Shown here piece by piece: positions 46,086-58,469 of a stretch of DNA of 64,000 nt. The stretch is from Candidatus Latescibacterota bacterium (GTDB lineage Bacteria > Latescibacterota > UBA2968): NCBI GenBank assembly GCA_965208125.1, contig OZ242320.1, positions 4,960,001-5,024,000 on the forward strand. The letters are read 5' to 3'. The notes beneath the pieces are model-generated. The model searched no databases, had not been told where the DNA came from, and was given only the letters and a program-made list of their open reading frames with translations. Made by a program: the position numbers and the translations under genes. Positions within the stretch are counted from its first letter, which is position 1, and every line of letters begins with the position of its first letter.

Positions 46086-47177
46086 TTGGAAAACTTAAAA
46101 AAAACCCCACTAAACGAAATACACCGCAAAACCAACGCCCGAATGGTTCCATTTGGCGGCTGGGAAATGCCGGTTCAATACGAGGGAATAGTCGCGGAAC
46201 ATCAAGCGGTGCGATCACAAGCTGGTCTTTTTGATGTCTCACACATGGGCCAATTTGAATTTAAAGGCAGAGGTGCCAGAAAACTGGTCCAATTTCTAAC
46301 GGCCAATGACATAGACCGCATCGGTATTGGGCGCGGGCAGTATTCTCTATTTCTCAATAAAAATGGCGGCGCTATAGACGACATCATCGTTTACCGCCTC
46401 GGTGAGACGACCTACCTGATCGTAGTAAACGCGGCAAATATCGATAAAGACTGGAAACATGTCCTGGCAGTCGCAAAATCCTTTGACAATGTTCAAGTAA
46501 CTAATAGAAGTGAAGAATTCGCCCTTCTCGCGCTTCAAGGACCAAAAGCAGAGGCTGCACTCTCCCCTATCGCAAATCGGAATCTCTCTGAAATCGGTTT
46601 TTTTCGCATTCGCAGAGCAGAACTCGCGGGAATACCCGTTTATATTGCCCGCACGGGATATACTGGTGAAGGAATGAATGGATTTGAGATATTTACACGA
46701 GCAGAAAATGCTACGGCAATCTGGAATGCCCTCATCGCATCACCCGACGTATCACCTGCAGGATTGGGCGCACGAGATACGCTCCGTATCGAGGCCTCTC
46801 TTCCTCTCTACGGGCAGGAACTCGACGAGGCAACAACACCATTAGAAGCCGGACTGGATATATTCGTCTCAAAAGCGGGTGGATTCTCTGGTGCCGAGGC
46901 CCTTGAAAAACAGCGTGTAGATGGCCTGAGAAAAACTCTTGTTATGATCGAAATGATCGACCGCGGTATCCCCCGCCACGGTTATGAAATCCTGGACTGT
47001 TCGGGAAATTCAATAGGCGAAGTCACCAGCGGCACAGCCGCGCTCTATCTCAAAAAAAATATCGCAATGGGTTATGTTCCACCCAACCATTCAGAAATTG
47101 GAACAGAACTCGCCATTGCAATCCGAAATCGCACCCTCAAAGCGCGGGTTGTGTCCAGGCCTTTTTTCAAGCGATAA
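46086..47177 (+). CDS. gcvT: Glycine cleavage system aminomethyltransferase GcvT
   Basis: KTPL..H....ARMVPFGGWEMPVQY, GLFDVSHMG, ARTGYTGE, GLGARDTLRIEA..PLYGQE, GEVTSG; TTG start with AGGAG. Confidence 0.96.
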   Translation: MENLKKTPLNEIHRKTNARMVPFGGWEMPVQYEGIVAEHQAVRSQAGLFDVSHMGQFEFKGRGARKLVQFLTANDIDRIGIGRGQYSLFLNKNGGAIDDIIVYRLGETTYLIVVNAANIDKDWKHVLAVAKSFDNVQVTNRSEEFALLALQGPKAEAALSPIANRNLSEIGFFRIRRAELAGIPVYIARTGYTGEGMNGFEIFTRAENATAIWNALIASPDVSPAGLGARDTLRIEASLPLYGQELDEATTPLEAGLDIFVSKAGGFSGAEALEKQRVDGLRKTLVMIEMIDRGIPRHGYEILDCSGNSIGEVTSGTAALYLKKNIAMGYVPPNHSEIGTELAIAIRNRTLKARVVSRPFFKR

Positions 47178-47198
47178 CACGCTATAAAATAATAAATT

Positions 47199-47232
47199 AA
47201 AAAAAGAGACAGGTTTTTACCTGTCTCTTTTT
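47199..47232. terminator. Bidirectional terminator between gcvT and leuS
   Basis: AAAAAAAGAGACAGGT-TTTT-ACCTGTCTCTTTTT, perfect stem. Confidence 0.85.
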
Positions 47233-47257
47233 CGGTACAGTCGTTGCACAACGTCAG

Positions 47258-49696
47258 TTACACAACAATATTGACCAGCCGATTGGGAATGACGATTATT
47301 TTTTTTGGATTTTGATCCTGGACATGCGCTTGTACATTCGGCTGTTCCAGAGCCAGACTTTCAACCTCCTCCTGCCCAGCATCAACCTCAACTTCCATTC
47401 GCGCGCGGACTTTGCCATTGACCTGAACCGGCATCTCAATCGTTGCTGGCCGAGCGAGATTTTCGTCCCATTCAGGCCAATTCTGTTGATGAACGCTGTA
47501 CTCTCCCCCAATGCGCGACCAAAGCTCTTCGGAGAGATGTGGGGTTATAGGCGCCAGGAGCAAGATAAGCGTCTCAATGGCTTCTTTCCACGCATCCGTA
47601 TGCACAACAGGCGTATTTTGCGCAGCCGATAAACCATTGCTAAACGTCATAAGCGCGGCCAATGCAGTATTAAACCCGAAGGTTTCAAAATCTTCAGACA
47701 CCTTGCGGATGGTCTGATGTGTTAAGCGCCGCAAATTATCCTGGGATTCTTGCGTGGGGTCGCCCTTCCTCTGGGCGACATCTTCAACAACGAGACGCCA
47801 TACGCGGTTCAAAAATCTCGGAATACCTTCCAGACTCGATGAATTCCAGGGACCTCCCTGTTCCCACCGCCCCAGAAACATCACATAAGCCCGAATGCAA
47901 TCTGTTCCATACTGCACAATCAAATCGTCGGGATTGACAACATTGCCCCGCGACTTGCTCATTCTTTCCTGATCTTCACCCAGGATAACGCCCTGATTAA
48001 ACAAGCGCGTCATCGGTTCATCATCACTGACGAGGTCTATATCGCGCATGGCTTTGGTGAAAAATCGCGTGTAGAGCAGATGCATGGTCGCGTGCTCTAT
48101 ACCCCCTGTATATTGATCGACAGGCAACCAGTATTCACCTTCGTGAGGTTCAAAAGGCCCCGCATCATAATGCGGGCTTAAATAGCGATATTGATACCAG
48201 GAAGAACACATAAACGTGTCCATCGTATCTGTCTCTCGCTGGGCTGACAAGCCACATTTTGGACAGGTCGTGTTTAGAAATCCTTCGTGATATTTTAGAG
48301 GAGATTCACCTGTCGGCAAAAATTCTGCATCATCGGGCAGCATTACGGGTAGATCACGCTCTGGCACGGGAACAATGCCACATGTATCACAGTAAATAAT
48401 CGGTATGGGACACCCCCAATAACGCTGGCGAGAAATCAACCAATCGTGAAGGCGGTAATTGACTTTTCTCTCGCCAATGCCTCGTGATTCCAGATCATCG
48501 GCTACTGCATCTTTTCCATCTTCAGAGGACAAACCATCGAATTGTCCCGAATTTACCATACGTCCCGCGCCGACAAATGGCTGAGTGAGTGCTTCACCAT
48601 CCCAATCATCTGGGGCAATCACAACGGGAATGGACAGCCCATACTTTTTGGCAAAATCGAAATCGCGTTCATCGTGTGCAGGCACAGCCATAATGGCTCC
48701 TGTACCATATTGGAGCAACACATAGTCGGCGATGTAAATGGGTACATCGGCATTGTTCATGGGATTAATAGCATAAGCACCGGTGAAAACCCCATCCTGT
48801 TCTTTATCCGCAGAAAGCCGCTCGATCTCTGACTGACGGCTGGCTTTTGCACAATATGCTTTAACAACTTTCCGTTGCTCAGGCGATGTTATCTCATCAA
48901 CCAATGGATGTTCGGGGGCTAAAACCGCGAATGACATGCCAAAAATGGTATCTGGGCGCGTTGTGAACACGCGAAACGATGACTCTGAATTTTTGACGCG
49001 CATTTCAAATTCAACGCCTTCACTCCTTCCAACCCAATTCTCCTGCATGGTCTGCACGCGGTCAGGCCATACAATTTCTGAAAAATCAAGTAACTCTTCA
49101 GCATATCGGGTAATCCGAAACAGCCATTGGTCCAGATCTTTTTTAATCACGGGCGTATCACACCGCTCGCAGTGTCGATCTTCCCCCCAAACTTGCTCTC
49201 GAGCCAGGGTCGTATTGCACTGTGGACACCAATCAACAGGAGCTTTCTCTCGATAAGCCAGGCCATTGGCGTAAAATTTGAGGAATAACCACTGCGTCCA
49301 TCTGTAGTATTCGGGCAAACAGGTGATAGCTTCGCGCATCCAGTCAAACATTGCACCCATTGTTTTCAGTTGTCCGCGCATGCGCTCCACATTGTCCAGT
49401 GTCCATTTTGCCGGGTGAATACCCCGTTGGATTGCAGCGTTTTCAGCAGGCAATCCAAAAGCATCAAAACCGATGGGAAACAGTACATTATGCCCCTTCA
49501 TCCGCATATATCGCGCTCGAACATCAGAGGGAGCAATCGCATACCAGTGACCAATGTGGAGATCGCCCGAAGTATAAGGCAACATGGTCAAAGCATAGTG
49601 CTTGGGGCGGCTGGAATCGATCTCACTGCGGTACAAACCCGTATCTTCCCAGCGTTGACGCCATTTTTTTTCAATTTCAGCAAACTCGTAAGCCAT
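47258..49696 (-). CDS. leuS: Leucine--tRNA ligase
   Basis: LPYTSGDLHIGH (HIGH), GFDAFGLPAENAA, FTTRPDT, WLISRQRYWG, RMSKSRGN (KMSKS), VQVNGKVR. Start MAYEFAE with RBS AGGAG. Confidence 0.97.
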   Translation of the reverse strand: MAYEFAEIEKKWRQRWEDTGLYRSEIDSSRPKHYALTMLPYTSGDLHIGHWYAIAPSDVRARYMRMKGHNVLFPIGFDAFGLPAENAAIQRGIHPAKWTLDNVERMRGQLKTMGAMFDWMREAITCLPEYYRWTQWLFLKFYANGLAYREKAPVDWCPQCNTTLAREQVWGEDRHCERCDTPVIKKDLDQWLFRITRYAEELLDFSEIVWPDRVQTMQENWVGRSEGVEFEMRVKNSESSFRVFTTRPDTIFGMSFAVLAPEHPLVDEITSPEQRKVVKAYCAKASRQSEIERLSADKEQDGVFTGAYAINPMNNADVPIYIADYVLLQYGTGAIMAVPAHDERDFDFAKKYGLSIPVVIAPDDWDGEALTQPFVGAGRMVNSGQFDGLSSEDGKDAVADDLESRGIGERKVNYRLHDWLISRQRYWGCPIPIIYCDTCGIVPVPERDLPVMLPDDAEFLPTGESPLKYHEGFLNTTCPKCGLSAQRETDTMDTFMCSSWYQYRYLSPHYDAGPFEPHEGEYWLPVDQYTGGIEHATMHLLYTRFFTKAMRDIDLVSDDEPMTRLFNQGVILGEDQERMSKSRGNVVNPDDLIVQYGTDCIRAYVMFLGRWEQGGPWNSSSLEGIPRFLNRVWRLVVEDVAQRKGDPTQESQDNLRRLTHQTIRKVSEDFETFGFNTALAALMTFSNGLSAAQNTPVVHTDAWKEAIETLILLLAPITPHLSEELWSRIGGEYSVHQQNWPEWDENLARPATIEMPVQVNGKVRARMEVEVDAGQEEVESLALEQPNVQAHVQDQNPKKIIVIPNRLVNIVV

Positions 49697-49709
49697 TGAA
49701 ATACAACTC

Positions 49710-51005
49710 CTAAGGATATAATCTTTGCAAAAGTCGGGGAAATGGAATCGTCTCGCGGACATGGGATAATCCGCATATCCACGCGACTGTACGCTCAATA
49801 CCCAATCCAAAACCGGAATGTGGCACCGATCCATAGTGCCTGAGGTCCAGGTACCACTGGAACGGCGCCTCGTCAAGACCGTGTTCGGCGAGCTTCTGCC
49901 GTAAGACCTCCAGATCGTCCTCGCGCTGTCCCCCACCGACGATTTCGCCATATCCTTCGGGGGCCAACACATCCATACACAATGCCAGTTGGGAATCTTC
50001 CGGATCCCCCTTCATATAAAAAGCTTTGCAAGCTGCCGGATACCGATGCACAATCACGGGGCGATCGTGTGCATTGGCCAACACGGTCTCATCCTCAGCA
50101 CCAAAATCCTCCCCCCAGGTGTGATCGCGACCCGCGTCTTTTAGCAACTCATGCGCATCTGAATAAGATATCCTATGAAATGGTTTTTGTACCCGTTGTA
50201 GGGGCGTAAGATCGCGTTGCAAAGTCAAAAGTTCAGACCGACAGGTTTCTATCACGCGCTGAACAACACAACAGATGAAGTCTTCAGCCAGATCCATATT
50301 ACCAGACAGGTCCATATAAGCCACCTCTGGCTCGACCATCCAGAATTCGGTCAAATGACGCCGCGTCTTGGATTTCTCAGCTCGAAAGGTCGGTCCAAAA
50401 CAGTACACCTTTCCAAAAGCCATAGCTGCTGCTTCCATATATAGTTGACCGCTCTGTGTCAGATATGCTTTCTCATCGAAATAATCGGTTTCAAATAGCG
50501 TGCTGGTACCTTCGCAGGACGAAGGTGTAAAAATAGGCGCGTCAATAAGCGTGAAGCCATTATTGTCGTAATAATCGCGACAGGCTTTGACAATTTCAGC
50601 ACGCACACTTAAAATGGCGTGTTGGCGCGATGAACGCAGCCATAAATGGCGATGATCCATCAGAAATGCCGTGCCGTGTTCTTTCGGCGTGATCGGATAA
50701 TCCTCTACACAATGTACAATTTCGATATCGCTGACGCCTATTTCAAACCCGATGGGTGAACGCGCATCGGCCCGAACCTCGCCCGTCACGCGAAGGGACG
50801 ACTCTTGCCCCAGGTCTGAAGCCCTTTCAAAAACGTCTGGCGATACATCGCCCTGAAAGACCACGCACTGAATCGTACCAGATCCATCTCTGACCTGAAG
50901 AAAGTGCAATTTTCCACTTGATCGTTTGTTGTACAACCATCCCTCGATCACAACTTCTTTATCTTCCCATGCACTTACGTCGTTTATCCTGATGATATCT
51001 GGCAT
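49710..51005 (-). CDS. asnS: Asparagine--tRNA ligase
   Basis: [70 protein letters not shown]. Confidence 0.96.
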   Translation of the reverse strand: MPDIIRINDVSAWEDKEVVIEGWLYNKRSSGKLHFLQVRDGSGTIQCVVFQGDVSPDVFERASDLGQESSLRVTGEVRADARSPIGFEIGVSDIEIVHCVEDYPITPKEHGTAFLMDHRHLWLRSSRQHAILSVRAEIVKACRDYYDNNGFTLIDAPIFTPSSCEGTSTLFETDYFDEKAYLTQSGQLYMEAAAMAFGKVYCFGPTFRAEKSKTRRHLTEFWMVEPEVAYMDLSGNMDLAEDFICCVVQRVIETCRSELLTLQRDLTPLQRVQKPFHRISYSDAHELLKDAGRDHTWGEDFGAEDETVLANAHDRPVIVHRYPAACKAFYMKGDPEDSQLALCMDVLAPEGYGEIVGGGQREDDLEVLRQKLAEHGLDEAPFQWYLDLRHYGSVPHSGFGLGIERTVAWICGLSHVRETIPFPRLLQRLYP

Positions 51006-51023
51006 ATATCGTTCCCTGAGAGT

Positions 51024-51082
51024 AAAAAAACGAAAGACGACCGGGTATCACCTGCTGCCCACCGATCGCCTTGTGTTTTTTT
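51024..51082 (-). terminator. Probable terminator after pnp
   Basis: Minus strand AAGGCGATCGG...CCGGTCGTCTT stem followed by TCGTTTTTTT. Confidence 0.5.
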
Positions 51083-51097
51083 GTGTGTATGCAAATC

Positions 51098-53215
51098 TCA
51101 CGATCTTCGGGGGGGGCGCTGCCTACCCTGCTGATTTGAATCACCATTGGGTTTATCGATAAGTACTTTGCGGCTCAGTCGAATTTTGCCCTGGTCATCA
51201 ATAGCGATCACTTTGACCTGAACTTTTTCGCCTTCACTGAGCACGTCGTTCACCTTACGCACCCGGTGATGTTCAAGCTCGGAAATATGGCAAAGCCCAT
51301 CCTTGCCGGGCAAAATCTCGACAAACGCGCCAAAGTCCGTGATCCGACGTACTGTGCCATCATAGATTCGTCCAACTTCTGGCTCTTCGACGAGAGCTTC
51401 AACCATACCCATTGCGGTTTCACCGGCTTGCGCGTCTAAAGAGGTGACTGTAACCAAACCATCGTCCTCGACTGAAACCGTTGCGCCTGTCTCTTCAATG
51501 CTGCGAATGGTCTTCCCGCCCGGGCCAATAACCGCACCGATTTTTGCTGGATCAATGCGGATGGACAAAATGCGCGGAGCGTATTCTGACAAGCTCGTTC
51601 TCGGCGCAGAAATAGCTTCTTCCATAAGACCGAGAATGTGATTTAATGCGTCTCGGGCGCGAGAAAATGCCGTATTGAGAATTTCAAAACTTATACCACC
51701 GATCTTAATATCCATCTGAATCGCAGTCAGACCCGATCGCGTTCCCGCTATTTTGAGGTCCATATCGCCCAAATGGTCTTCTTCGCCTAAAATATCTGTG
51801 AGAACCGCCCACTGATCCCCTTCCATGACCAGCCCGACGCCAGCACCGGCAACATGGCTTTTAATAGGCACGCCTGCATCCATTAAAGCGAGAGAACCGC
51901 CACACACCGTGGCCATTGAAGACGAACTGTTGGATTCTAAAATCTCGGAAACCAGACGGATCGTATAGGGAAAATGCTCTTCACTTGGCACAACTGGTTC
52001 CAGTGCTTTTTCAGCCAAAGCTCCGTGACCGACTTCTCGGCGTCCGGGCGCTGCAATCCGCCCCGTTTCACCAACACTATAGTTGGGAAAGTTGTAATCG
52101 AGCATAAAGCTCTTGAATGATTTTCCTTCGAGGTCGTCTATCATGCGTGTGTCCATCTTGCTTCCGAGCGTTGCAATGCACAAAGCCTGCGTCTGTCCGC
52201 GTGTAAAAATGGCGGACCCGTGTGCGCGAGGCAATACACTCAGTTCGATATCAATGGGCCGAACCTGGTTGAGATCGCGTCCATCAATGCGCTGATTTTC
52301 CGAGAGGATCATCGCGCGCATATCCTTTTTGATCAATCGATCGATTTCACCGCTAATTTCACCGTCTTCAAAGTGTTCTGCGAGTGCTTCTCGCACCTCG
52401 GCGCGGATTGCGGACAACGTCTCTGCACGCGCCCCCTTATCCGGCATACGATTGGCTGCGTGAATCTGCTCTGAAGCGCGTTCGGCAACGGCAGTGACAA
52501 GAGCCTCGTTTTCTTCAGGCTCGTCGAAAGACCGCTTCGATTTCCCGACACGGGAAATCAGATCATCCTGTAATTCAATCAGTTGTACAATGCCCTGGTG
52601 GGCAACGCGCAGTGCTTCTACGACATCACCGTCGGCTACTTCGTGAAAATCACCTTCAACTGAAATAATGGATTCGCGATTACCCGATACCATCAGGTGG
52701 ACATCGCTTTCTTCGAGTTGGGAAAGTGTGGGGTTGACCACAAATTCTCCATCGACCCGTCCAACGCACACAGCACCAATGGGGCCATCAAACGGAATAT
52801 CAGAAATGCACAGTGCAGCTGAAGCACCTGTCATTGAGAGCACCGCAGGGTCGTTTTCACCGTCAAAAGACAACACGGTGACATAAACCTGCGTTTCAAA
52901 ATCATAAGCCTCTGGAAATAGGGGCCTGATTTGATGGTCAATTAAACGCGCATGCAATTTTTCAGTTGTTGAAGGTGCGCCTTCTCGCTTAAAAAAGTTG
53001 CCGGGAATGCGCCCTCCAGCATACATCTTTTCACGATAATCGACTTGAAGTGGAAAAAAATCAAAATCCGAAGGTTTGTTATCGGAAACGGCAGCCACCA
53101 ACACAATGGTTTCACCGTACTGCATCCACACCGCCCCATGTGACTGTTTGGCCACCCGACCCGTTTCTATGGACAGCGGACGACCAGCATATTCAAGCTC
53201 TACTTTTGCTATCAT
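51098..53215 (-). CDS. pnp: Polyribonucleotide nucleotidyltransferase
   Basis: [51 protein letters not shown] (IGPGGK) and S1 (GLCHISEL) domains. Confidence 0.97.
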   Translation of the reverse strand: MIAKVELEYAGRPLSIETGRVAKQSHGAVWMQYGETIVLVAAVSDNKPSDFDFFPLQVDYREKMYAGGRIPGNFFKREGAPSTTEKLHARLIDHQIRPLFPEAYDFETQVYVTVLSFDGENDPAVLSMTGASAALCISDIPFDGPIGAVCVGRVDGEFVVNPTLSQLEESDVHLMVSGNRESIISVEGDFHEVADGDVVEALRVAHQGIVQLIELQDDLISRVGKSKRSFDEPEENEALVTAVAERASEQIHAANRMPDKGARAETLSAIRAEVREALAEHFEDGEISGEIDRLIKKDMRAMILSENQRIDGRDLNQVRPIDIELSVLPRAHGSAIFTRGQTQALCIATLGSKMDTRMIDDLEGKSFKSFMLDYNFPNYSVGETGRIAAPGRREVGHGALAEKALEPVVPSEEHFPYTIRLVSEILESNSSSSMATVCGGSLALMDAGVPIKSHVAGAGVGLVMEGDQWAVLTDILGEEDHLGDMDLKIAGTRSGLTAIQMDIKIGGISFEILNTAFSRARDALNHILGLMEEAISAPRTSLSEYAPRILSIRIDPAKIGAVIGPGGKTIRSIEETGATVSVEDDGLVTVTSLDAQAGETAMGMVEALVEEPEVGRIYDGTVRRITDFGAFVEILPGKDGLCHISELEHHRVRKVNDVLSEGEKVQVKVIAIDDQGKIRLSRKVLIDKPNGDSNQQGRQRPPRRS

Positions 53216-53250
53216 TCTATCTCCTCTATTTACCTTAAAACACATCTATC

Positions 53251-53293
53251 CCAGCGCTCTGGCAAAAAGGCCAGAGATACGGCCAACTGCTGG
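53251..53293 (-). promoter_or_regulatory. Stem-loop in the rpsO-pnp intergenic leader
   Basis: CCAGC/GCTGG outer and CTCTGGC/GCCAGAG inner stems; position analogous to the processed pnp leader in E. coli. Confidence 0.35.
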
Positions 53294-53305
53294 AAAAATA
53301 AAAAC

Positions 53306-53575
53306 TCAACCGCGAATATCCAGTGCCGCAATCAAGCTACGATAACCTTCTAAATCCACGCGCCGTAAATATCGCAGCAGACGGCGACGACGCCCAACCA
53401 ATTTGAGCAGTCCCCGACGCGAGTGATGATCCTTCTTGTGGGTTTGAAAATGTTCGACCAGTTGTACAATGCGCTCTGTAAGTTGCGCAATCTGGACTTG
53501 TGGCGATCCCGTATCGCCTTCTTTGCGCCCGTATTGTGCAATCAACTCGGCCTTCTTTTCTTTTGTTAACGCCAA
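53306..53575 (-). CDS. rpsO: 30S ribosomal protein S15
   Basis: [16 protein letters not shown]...[24 protein letters not shown]. Confidence 0.98.
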   Translation of the reverse strand: MALTKEKKAELIAQYGRKEGDTGSPQVQIAQLTERIVQLVEHFQTHKKDHHSRRGLLKLVGRRRRLLRYLRRVDLEGYRSLIAALDIRG

Positions 53576-54519
53576 AATTTACCTCCATAGGTATGATGCC
53601 GCGAAAGCATATCTTCCGCAGTCTGTATATCTGCTTGAATCTGTTCGACTAACGCTTCTTTGCTGCCAAATTCACGCTCGCCGCGAATGCGACGCCAAAT
53701 CTCAAGGGGTAAAATTTCCCCATAGAGATTTTGTGAAAAATTGAGCAAATGTACTTCACAACGCGCTGACTGCCCCCCAAATGTTGGGCGTTTGCCGTAA
53801 TTGACAACGGCGATGTAGGGCTGATCCAGCCTGGCAATACCAGCATAAACACCCGGTGTTGGCAAGAGTTTTCCCGGCGTTTCAAACAGGAGATTAGCAG
53901 TGGGAAAACCCAGTGCCCTGCCCCGTTTTTCTCCCTCTACTACACGCCCCCACAAGGGATAAGGATGTCCCATAAGCTGAATAACCGTATCCATGTCTCC
54001 GCCTAAGAGTGCGTTGCGAATACGAGTACTGCTCACAGGTTTTTCGGCAATGCACACAGCAGGTGGAGAAAAAACAGAGAAACCAAACTGTTTTCCCAAT
54101 CTTTTCATCGTCCCAAACCCACCCTGACGCCCCCTTCCAAAACCGTGATCGTAACCTATGATCACAGACCTGGCACTGAGTCTATCAACCAGGAAGCATT
54201 TGACAAATACCTCGGGAGACATCTGCCGGAGTGCATCATCAAATCCAACAACAGCCAGAACATCCACCCCCAATGAGGCGAGACAATGCTTTTTTTCCTC
54301 AAGCGATGTCAACACCCCGGGAGCATCGGCACCGTCGATAAACTGGCGGGGATGTGGGTCAAAAGTGACGACGACCGATGTGCCCCTACACGTCCGTGCC
54401 ATATCAATCATAGCTTCAATGACAGAGACATGCCCGATGTGAATGCCGTCAAATGTTCCAACCGTGACCACCGGGTGGGCAAGCGCGACCGGTTCTTCAA
54501 GCGTTATGATGCGCATCAT
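53566..54519 (-). CDS. ribF: Bifunctional riboflavin kinase / FAD synthetase
   Basis: [55 protein letters not shown]. Confidence 0.96.
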   Translation of the reverse strand: MMRIITLEEPVALAHPVVTVGTFDGIHIGHVSVIEAMIDMARTCRGTSVVVTFDPHPRQFIDGADAPGVLTSLEEKKHCLASLGVDVLAVVGFDDALRQMSPEVFVKCFLVDRLSARSVIIGYDHGFGRGRQGGFGTMKRLGKQFGFSVFSPPAVCIAEKPVSSTRIRNALLGGDMDTVIQLMGHPYPLWGRVVEGEKRGRALGFPTANLLFETPGKLLPTPGVYAGIARLDQPYIAVVNYGKRPTFGGQSARCEVHLLNFSQNLYGEILPLEIWRRIRGEREFGSKEALVEQIQADIQTAEDMLSRHHTYGGKFWR

Positions 54520-55394
54520 CAATTCTGGATCACGCGAATAGGCTTCAAGACGCCCTCGACGATATGACCGAGACCGAGCAAAATACCCCGGGGATTTTGC
54601 ACTGTTACAATATCCTGGACATCTAATGAAATACCGGTCACGGAATTGCCATTTAAAAAACGCCCCTGCTGCGCCTCTGTCAAACACACCGATGACAGAT
54701 TAGATAAAACAGCGTGGGGATTGAGCAACACATCAGCAATACATTCTTCGCGCTCGAGTTCATAAACTGAAACACATTGTCCCAATTCAACACACCCTAC
54801 CGCGGTTCTGCGAAGCGTTGAGAGATAGGCACCACACCCGAGCCGTTTGCCAATGTCGTCAGCAAGCGACCGAATATAAGTACCTTTAGAACAATGTACG
54901 TTCAGGTGCAAGAGCGGTGGTGCATATACCGCAATACCGAGCTTATGTACGCATACATTACGCGCTGGACGATCAATTTCAACACCTCTGCGGGCGAGTT
55001 CATAAAGCCTGCGCCCTCCCATACGTATGGCCGAATACATAGGCGGAACTTGTGCGATCGCCCCCCTGAATTTGGCAACGGCGGCATCGACTTGTGCATA
55101 ATCGGTTGGAATATCCCCCGATCTGCTGGTAACCACACCATCGGCGTCGAGAGAATCGGTCGTCATTCCCAAACGCACAACCGCGCGATATTGTTTATCG
55201 CTACCCGTAATATAAGAACTCAGGCGCGTATAGGCACCCAAACAAAGTAGCAAAACGCCCGTTGCCATAGGATCAAGGGTGCCTGTATGCCCTGCTTTTT
55301 TTATTCCAAAGTGCTTACGCACCCAACTGACGACATCTTGAGACGTCCAGCCAGCGGGTTTGTCTATGCCCAGAAAGCCGTTTATTGGCACCAC
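54519..55394 (-). CDS. truB: tRNA pseudouridine(55) synthase
   Basis: DKPAGWTS.DVV, GHTGTLDPMATGVL, QVPPMYSA, CSKGTYIRSLA.DIG, LRRT.VG. Confidence 0.97.
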   Translation of the reverse strand: MVPINGFLGIDKPAGWTSQDVVSWVRKHFGIKKAGHTGTLDPMATGVLLLCLGAYTRLSSYITGSDKQYRAVVRLGMTTDSLDADGVVTSRSGDIPTDYAQVDAAVAKFRGAIAQVPPMYSAIRMGGRRLYELARRGVEIDRPARNVCVHKLGIAVYAPPLLHLNVHCSKGTYIRSLADDIGKRLGCGAYLSTLRRTAVGCVELGQCVSVYELEREECIADVLLNPHAVLSNLSSVCLTEAQQGRFLNGNSVTGISLDVQDIVTVQNPRGILLGLGHIVEGVLKPIRVIQN

Positions 55395-55736
55395 CTATGT
55401 GTTGAGACTATTGAGCAATTGCTCCATTCGCGCGCCCTGCGTGATAGAATCATCCAGGGCGAAAACCAATTCGGGAACATGTCGCAAATGAACGCGCTGA
55501 GCGAGCGTACGACGAAAAAAAGACATTGCCCCAATCAGGCGTTCGTGCACCTGTATTTGCGCTTCAGCCCCCCCCATCACACTGAAGTAAACCCTGGCTG
55601 TGCGCAGATCACGAGACATCTCTACAGCCGTAATCGTGACTTCTGACAGACCGGGGTCACGGGTTTCCATGTGCAAAATTTCACTCAGGGCAACCTGAAT
55701 GGCTTTTCCCACACTTTCCGGCCGATAAGATGGCAT
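55395..55736 (-). CDS. rbfA: 30S ribosome-binding factor RbfA
   Basis: RDP....VTITAVEMSRDLRTARVY...LRHVPELVF..D.S; synteny. Confidence 0.95.
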   Translation of the reverse strand: MPSYRPESVGKAIQVALSEILHMETRDPGLSEVTITAVEMSRDLRTARVYFSVMGGAEAQIQVHERLIGAMSFFRRTLAQRVHLRHVPELVFALDDSITQGARMEQLLNSLNT

Positions 55737-55737
55737 G

Positions 55738-56019
55738 TCAGAGCAACTCCAGCGAATAGTCCAGCAAAATAAGGCGATCTTCGCGCTCGATTAAATCAAC
55801 CACCTTTGACAATACCTGATTGGCATACCGCGAGTCGTTGGCAACTGTTGCGATACCCAACTGTGCCCTTTGCCAGCGATCATTGTCACCCAATTCAGAA
55901 ATAGAGACATTGAATTTGTTACGTGCGCGCGTCGTGATGCTCTTGAGCACGCTGCGTTTCTGTTTCAGCGAGGCGCATTCGGGCAAATACAGATCAATAT
56001 GACAAAAACCAATGGTCAT
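55738..56019 (-). CDS. DUF503 (YlxP-like) protein
   Basis: SLKQKRSVLKSI..R.RNKFNVSISE...D.WQRA.LG; position between infB and rbfA. Confidence 0.92.
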   Translation of the reverse strand: MTIGFCHIDLYLPECASLKQKRSVLKSITTRARNKFNVSISELGDNDRWQRAQLGIATVANDSRYANQVLSKVVDLIEREDRLILLDYSLELL

Positions 56020-58463
56020 TAGATCGTGCGAGTAGTTTCAACGCGTTCGTAAGTTTCAATGACATCGCCGACTTTGACATCGTTAAAATTTTCGATACCA
56101 ATGCCGCATTCAAAGCCGTTTTGCACCTCGCGAACATCATCTTTAAAACGCCGCAAAGATCCAATACGGCCTTCGTAAACAACAACGCCATCGCGCAAAA
56201 CGCGCGCATTAGTCGTGCGGTGGATGAGCCCTTGAGAAACCAGACAGCCAGCAATTGTACCAACGCGCGGCACCTGGAAAAGCTCGCGTACCTGCGCTTC
56301 TCCCTGCACATTTTCTTCAATTTTGGGTGCCAACAATCCAGCAAGGGCAGCGCGAATGTCTTCTACTACTTCGTAAATCACGCGATACAAACGAATATCG
56401 ACGCGTTCTTGTGCCGCAACTTCTCTTGCATTTGCATCGGGACGTACATTAAATCCGATGATGATAGCATCTGAGGCGGATGCGAGCAAGATGTCAGATT
56501 CGGAGATCGCACCCACAGCGCGGTGAATCACCGATAGATGCACTTCTTCGTGCTCAATTTGCAATAGAGCGTCTTGCAAAGCTTCGACAGACCCATCGAC
56601 ATCGCCTTTGATAATCAGGCGCAATTCTTCCATATTACCCGTCTCAATCTGGTTGTGAATGTCGGACAATGATACGCGGCGTACCCGATGAAATTCTTGT
56701 TCGCGCCTGAGTTGCTGTCGTTTTTGGCTGATATCGCGAGCTTCGCGCTCATTTTCAACGACGTGAAATGCATCCCCCGCCTGAGGCAATCCTGCCAAAC
56801 CGAGCACCTGAACCGGACGAGAAGGACCAGCAGATGCCACGGATATACCGCGCTCGTCGAGCATTGCGCGGACGCGCCCACTGAACATGCCTGTAATAAA
56901 AGGATCTCCCACTTGTAGCCTGCCTTCTTGCACGAGCACTGTGGCGATATTTCCTCGTCCGCGGTCGAGTTTTGATTCTACAATGGTACCTTTGGCGCGC
57001 TTATCAGGATCTGCCTTAAGTTCAAGCATTTCTGTTTCAAGAGCCAATAGCTCGAGCAGAGCATCGACATTCTGCCCCGTTTTAGCGGAGATTTCGCAAA
57101 CTTGAACACCACCACCATAATCTTCTACGACGACATTGTACTCAGTCAACTCCCGTTTGATTTTGTCGGGATCGGCAGTGGGCAAGTCGATTTTGTTAAC
57201 TGCAACGACCAGGGGCACGTTGGCCGCTTTAGCATGATCAATAGCTTCTACTGTCTGTGGCATCACACTATCATCTGCTGCTACAACCAGAACGACGACA
57301 TCGGTTACACTGGCACCTCTGGCACGCATCGCCGTAAAAGCTTCGTGCCCAGGCGTATCGAGAAAACAAATTTCACGACCATCACCGAGTTCAACGTGAT
57401 ACGCACCAATATGCTGCGTAATGCCACCGGCTTCACCTTCCATCACATTGGTCTCTCGGATATAATCCAAAAGAGATGTTTTGCCATGATCCACATGTCC
57501 CATAATTGTCACTACCGGAGGTCTTGGTTTTAGACTTTCATCCGATGTTTCTACCTCCGCATTCTCCAATATCTCTTCGCCGTATTCTTCAAGTTGCTCA
57601 ATGCCAAAACCAAATTCATCGGCAACAAGCGTAATAGTGTCCATATCGAGGCGCTGGTTAATGGTCACCACCATGCCGAGTTTGAGACATTGTGTAATGA
57701 CTTCTGTGGGACGCACATCCATCTGAGAAGCGAGTTCGCCAACGGTTGTAAACTCATTGACTTTGAGAACTTGTCCGTCTGCGGTTTCGTCTTCGGGCTT
57801 TTCACTGTCTTGACGACGGCGACGGCGCACCCGTGATGGTGCTGCGCCACTCGACATTTGCGCCAGTGTTCGGCGCACATTTTCTGACACTTCGCGCTCA
57901 TCAACGACAGGACGCTTACGCCTGCGACGACGTTTTCTCGGAGACCGCGTGCGGCTTTTCTTTACCTGGGCAGGTTCTGCTTTGGGCTTAGTCCCTTCTT
58001 GTACTACGGGTTTTTCTTTTTTCGCTTCTGGCGCTTTTGTTTTGGGTTCCTGCTGCACCGGTGTCTGACTGACATCTTCTACGACAACAGTTGGATAATC
58101 TGTTCGGCGTCTTCTGCGCCGCGGGCGTTGTCTTCTTTCGCTGCTGGTCTCAGTCTTTTCATTAGACCGAGACGAACGAGCCCGGCTCACGCGAGGCTTT
58201 TGCTCGTGACTCTCGCGTTCTTTTCTTTCATCATCCTTGCGTCTGAGTTTTCGCCGCGTCGCCTGGCGTTCTGAATCAAATTTCTCTTGCACTGCCTCGA
58301 CCATAGCAGTCGTACAGACAGCCATGTGGTTTTTGACTTCAAAACCGAGGCTCCTGATCTGCTCAACCATTGCGACGCTCGACAAATTAAACTCGCGCGC
58401 AATCTCGTAAACTCGTTTTTTCTTAGTTATTGCTTTGCCTTTTGCCTTCGTCAATAGGCTCAC
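56019..58463 (-). CDS. infB: Translation initiation factor IF-2
   Basis: RVYEIARE N-terminus, [61 protein letters not shown]. Start may be TTG 58454. Confidence 0.98.
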   Translation of the reverse strand: MSLLTKAKGKAITKKKRVYEIAREFNLSSVAMVEQIRSLGFEVKNHMAVCTTAMVEAVQEKFDSERQATRRKLRRKDDERKERESHEQKPRVSRARSSRSNEKTETSSERRQRPRRRRRRTDYPTVVVEDVSQTPVQQEPKTKAPEAKKEKPVVQEGTKPKAEPAQVKKSRTRSPRKRRRRRKRPVVDEREVSENVRRTLAQMSSGAAPSRVRRRRRQDSEKPEDETADGQVLKVNEFTTVGELASQMDVRPTEVITQCLKLGMVVTINQRLDMDTITLVADEFGFGIEQLEEYGEEILENAEVETSDESLKPRPPVVTIMGHVDHGKTSLLDYIRETNVMEGEAGGITQHIGAYHVELGDGREICFLDTPGHEAFTAMRARGASVTDVVVLVVAADDSVMPQTVEAIDHAKAANVPLVVAVNKIDLPTADPDKIKRELTEYNVVVEDYGGGVQVCEISAKTGQNVDALLELLALETEMLELKADPDKRAKGTIVESKLDRGRGNIATVLVQEGRLQVGDPFITGMFSGRVRAMLDERGISVASAGPSRPVQVLGLAGLPQAGDAFHVVENEREARDISQKRQQLRREQEFHRVRRVSLSDIHNQIETGNMEELRLIIKGDVDGSVEALQDALLQIEHEEVHLSVIHRAVGAISESDILLASASDAIIIGFNVRPDANAREVAAQERVDIRLYRVIYEVVEDIRAALAGLLAPKIEENVQGEAQVRELFQVPRVGTIAGCLVSQGLIHRTTNARVLRDGVVVYEGRIGSLRRFKDDVREVQNGFECGIGIENFNDVKVGDVIETYERVETTRTI

Positions 58464-58469
58464 CTCCGA

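Noticed and set aside
49697-49972. 92-aa N-terminal extension of LeuS in the ORF track (likewise extended starts for ribF, gatC, tonB, fdhD, SDR and the last permease)
   Set aside because: The extensions overlap neighbouring genes or promoters; downstream starts with an RBS match the family N-termini.
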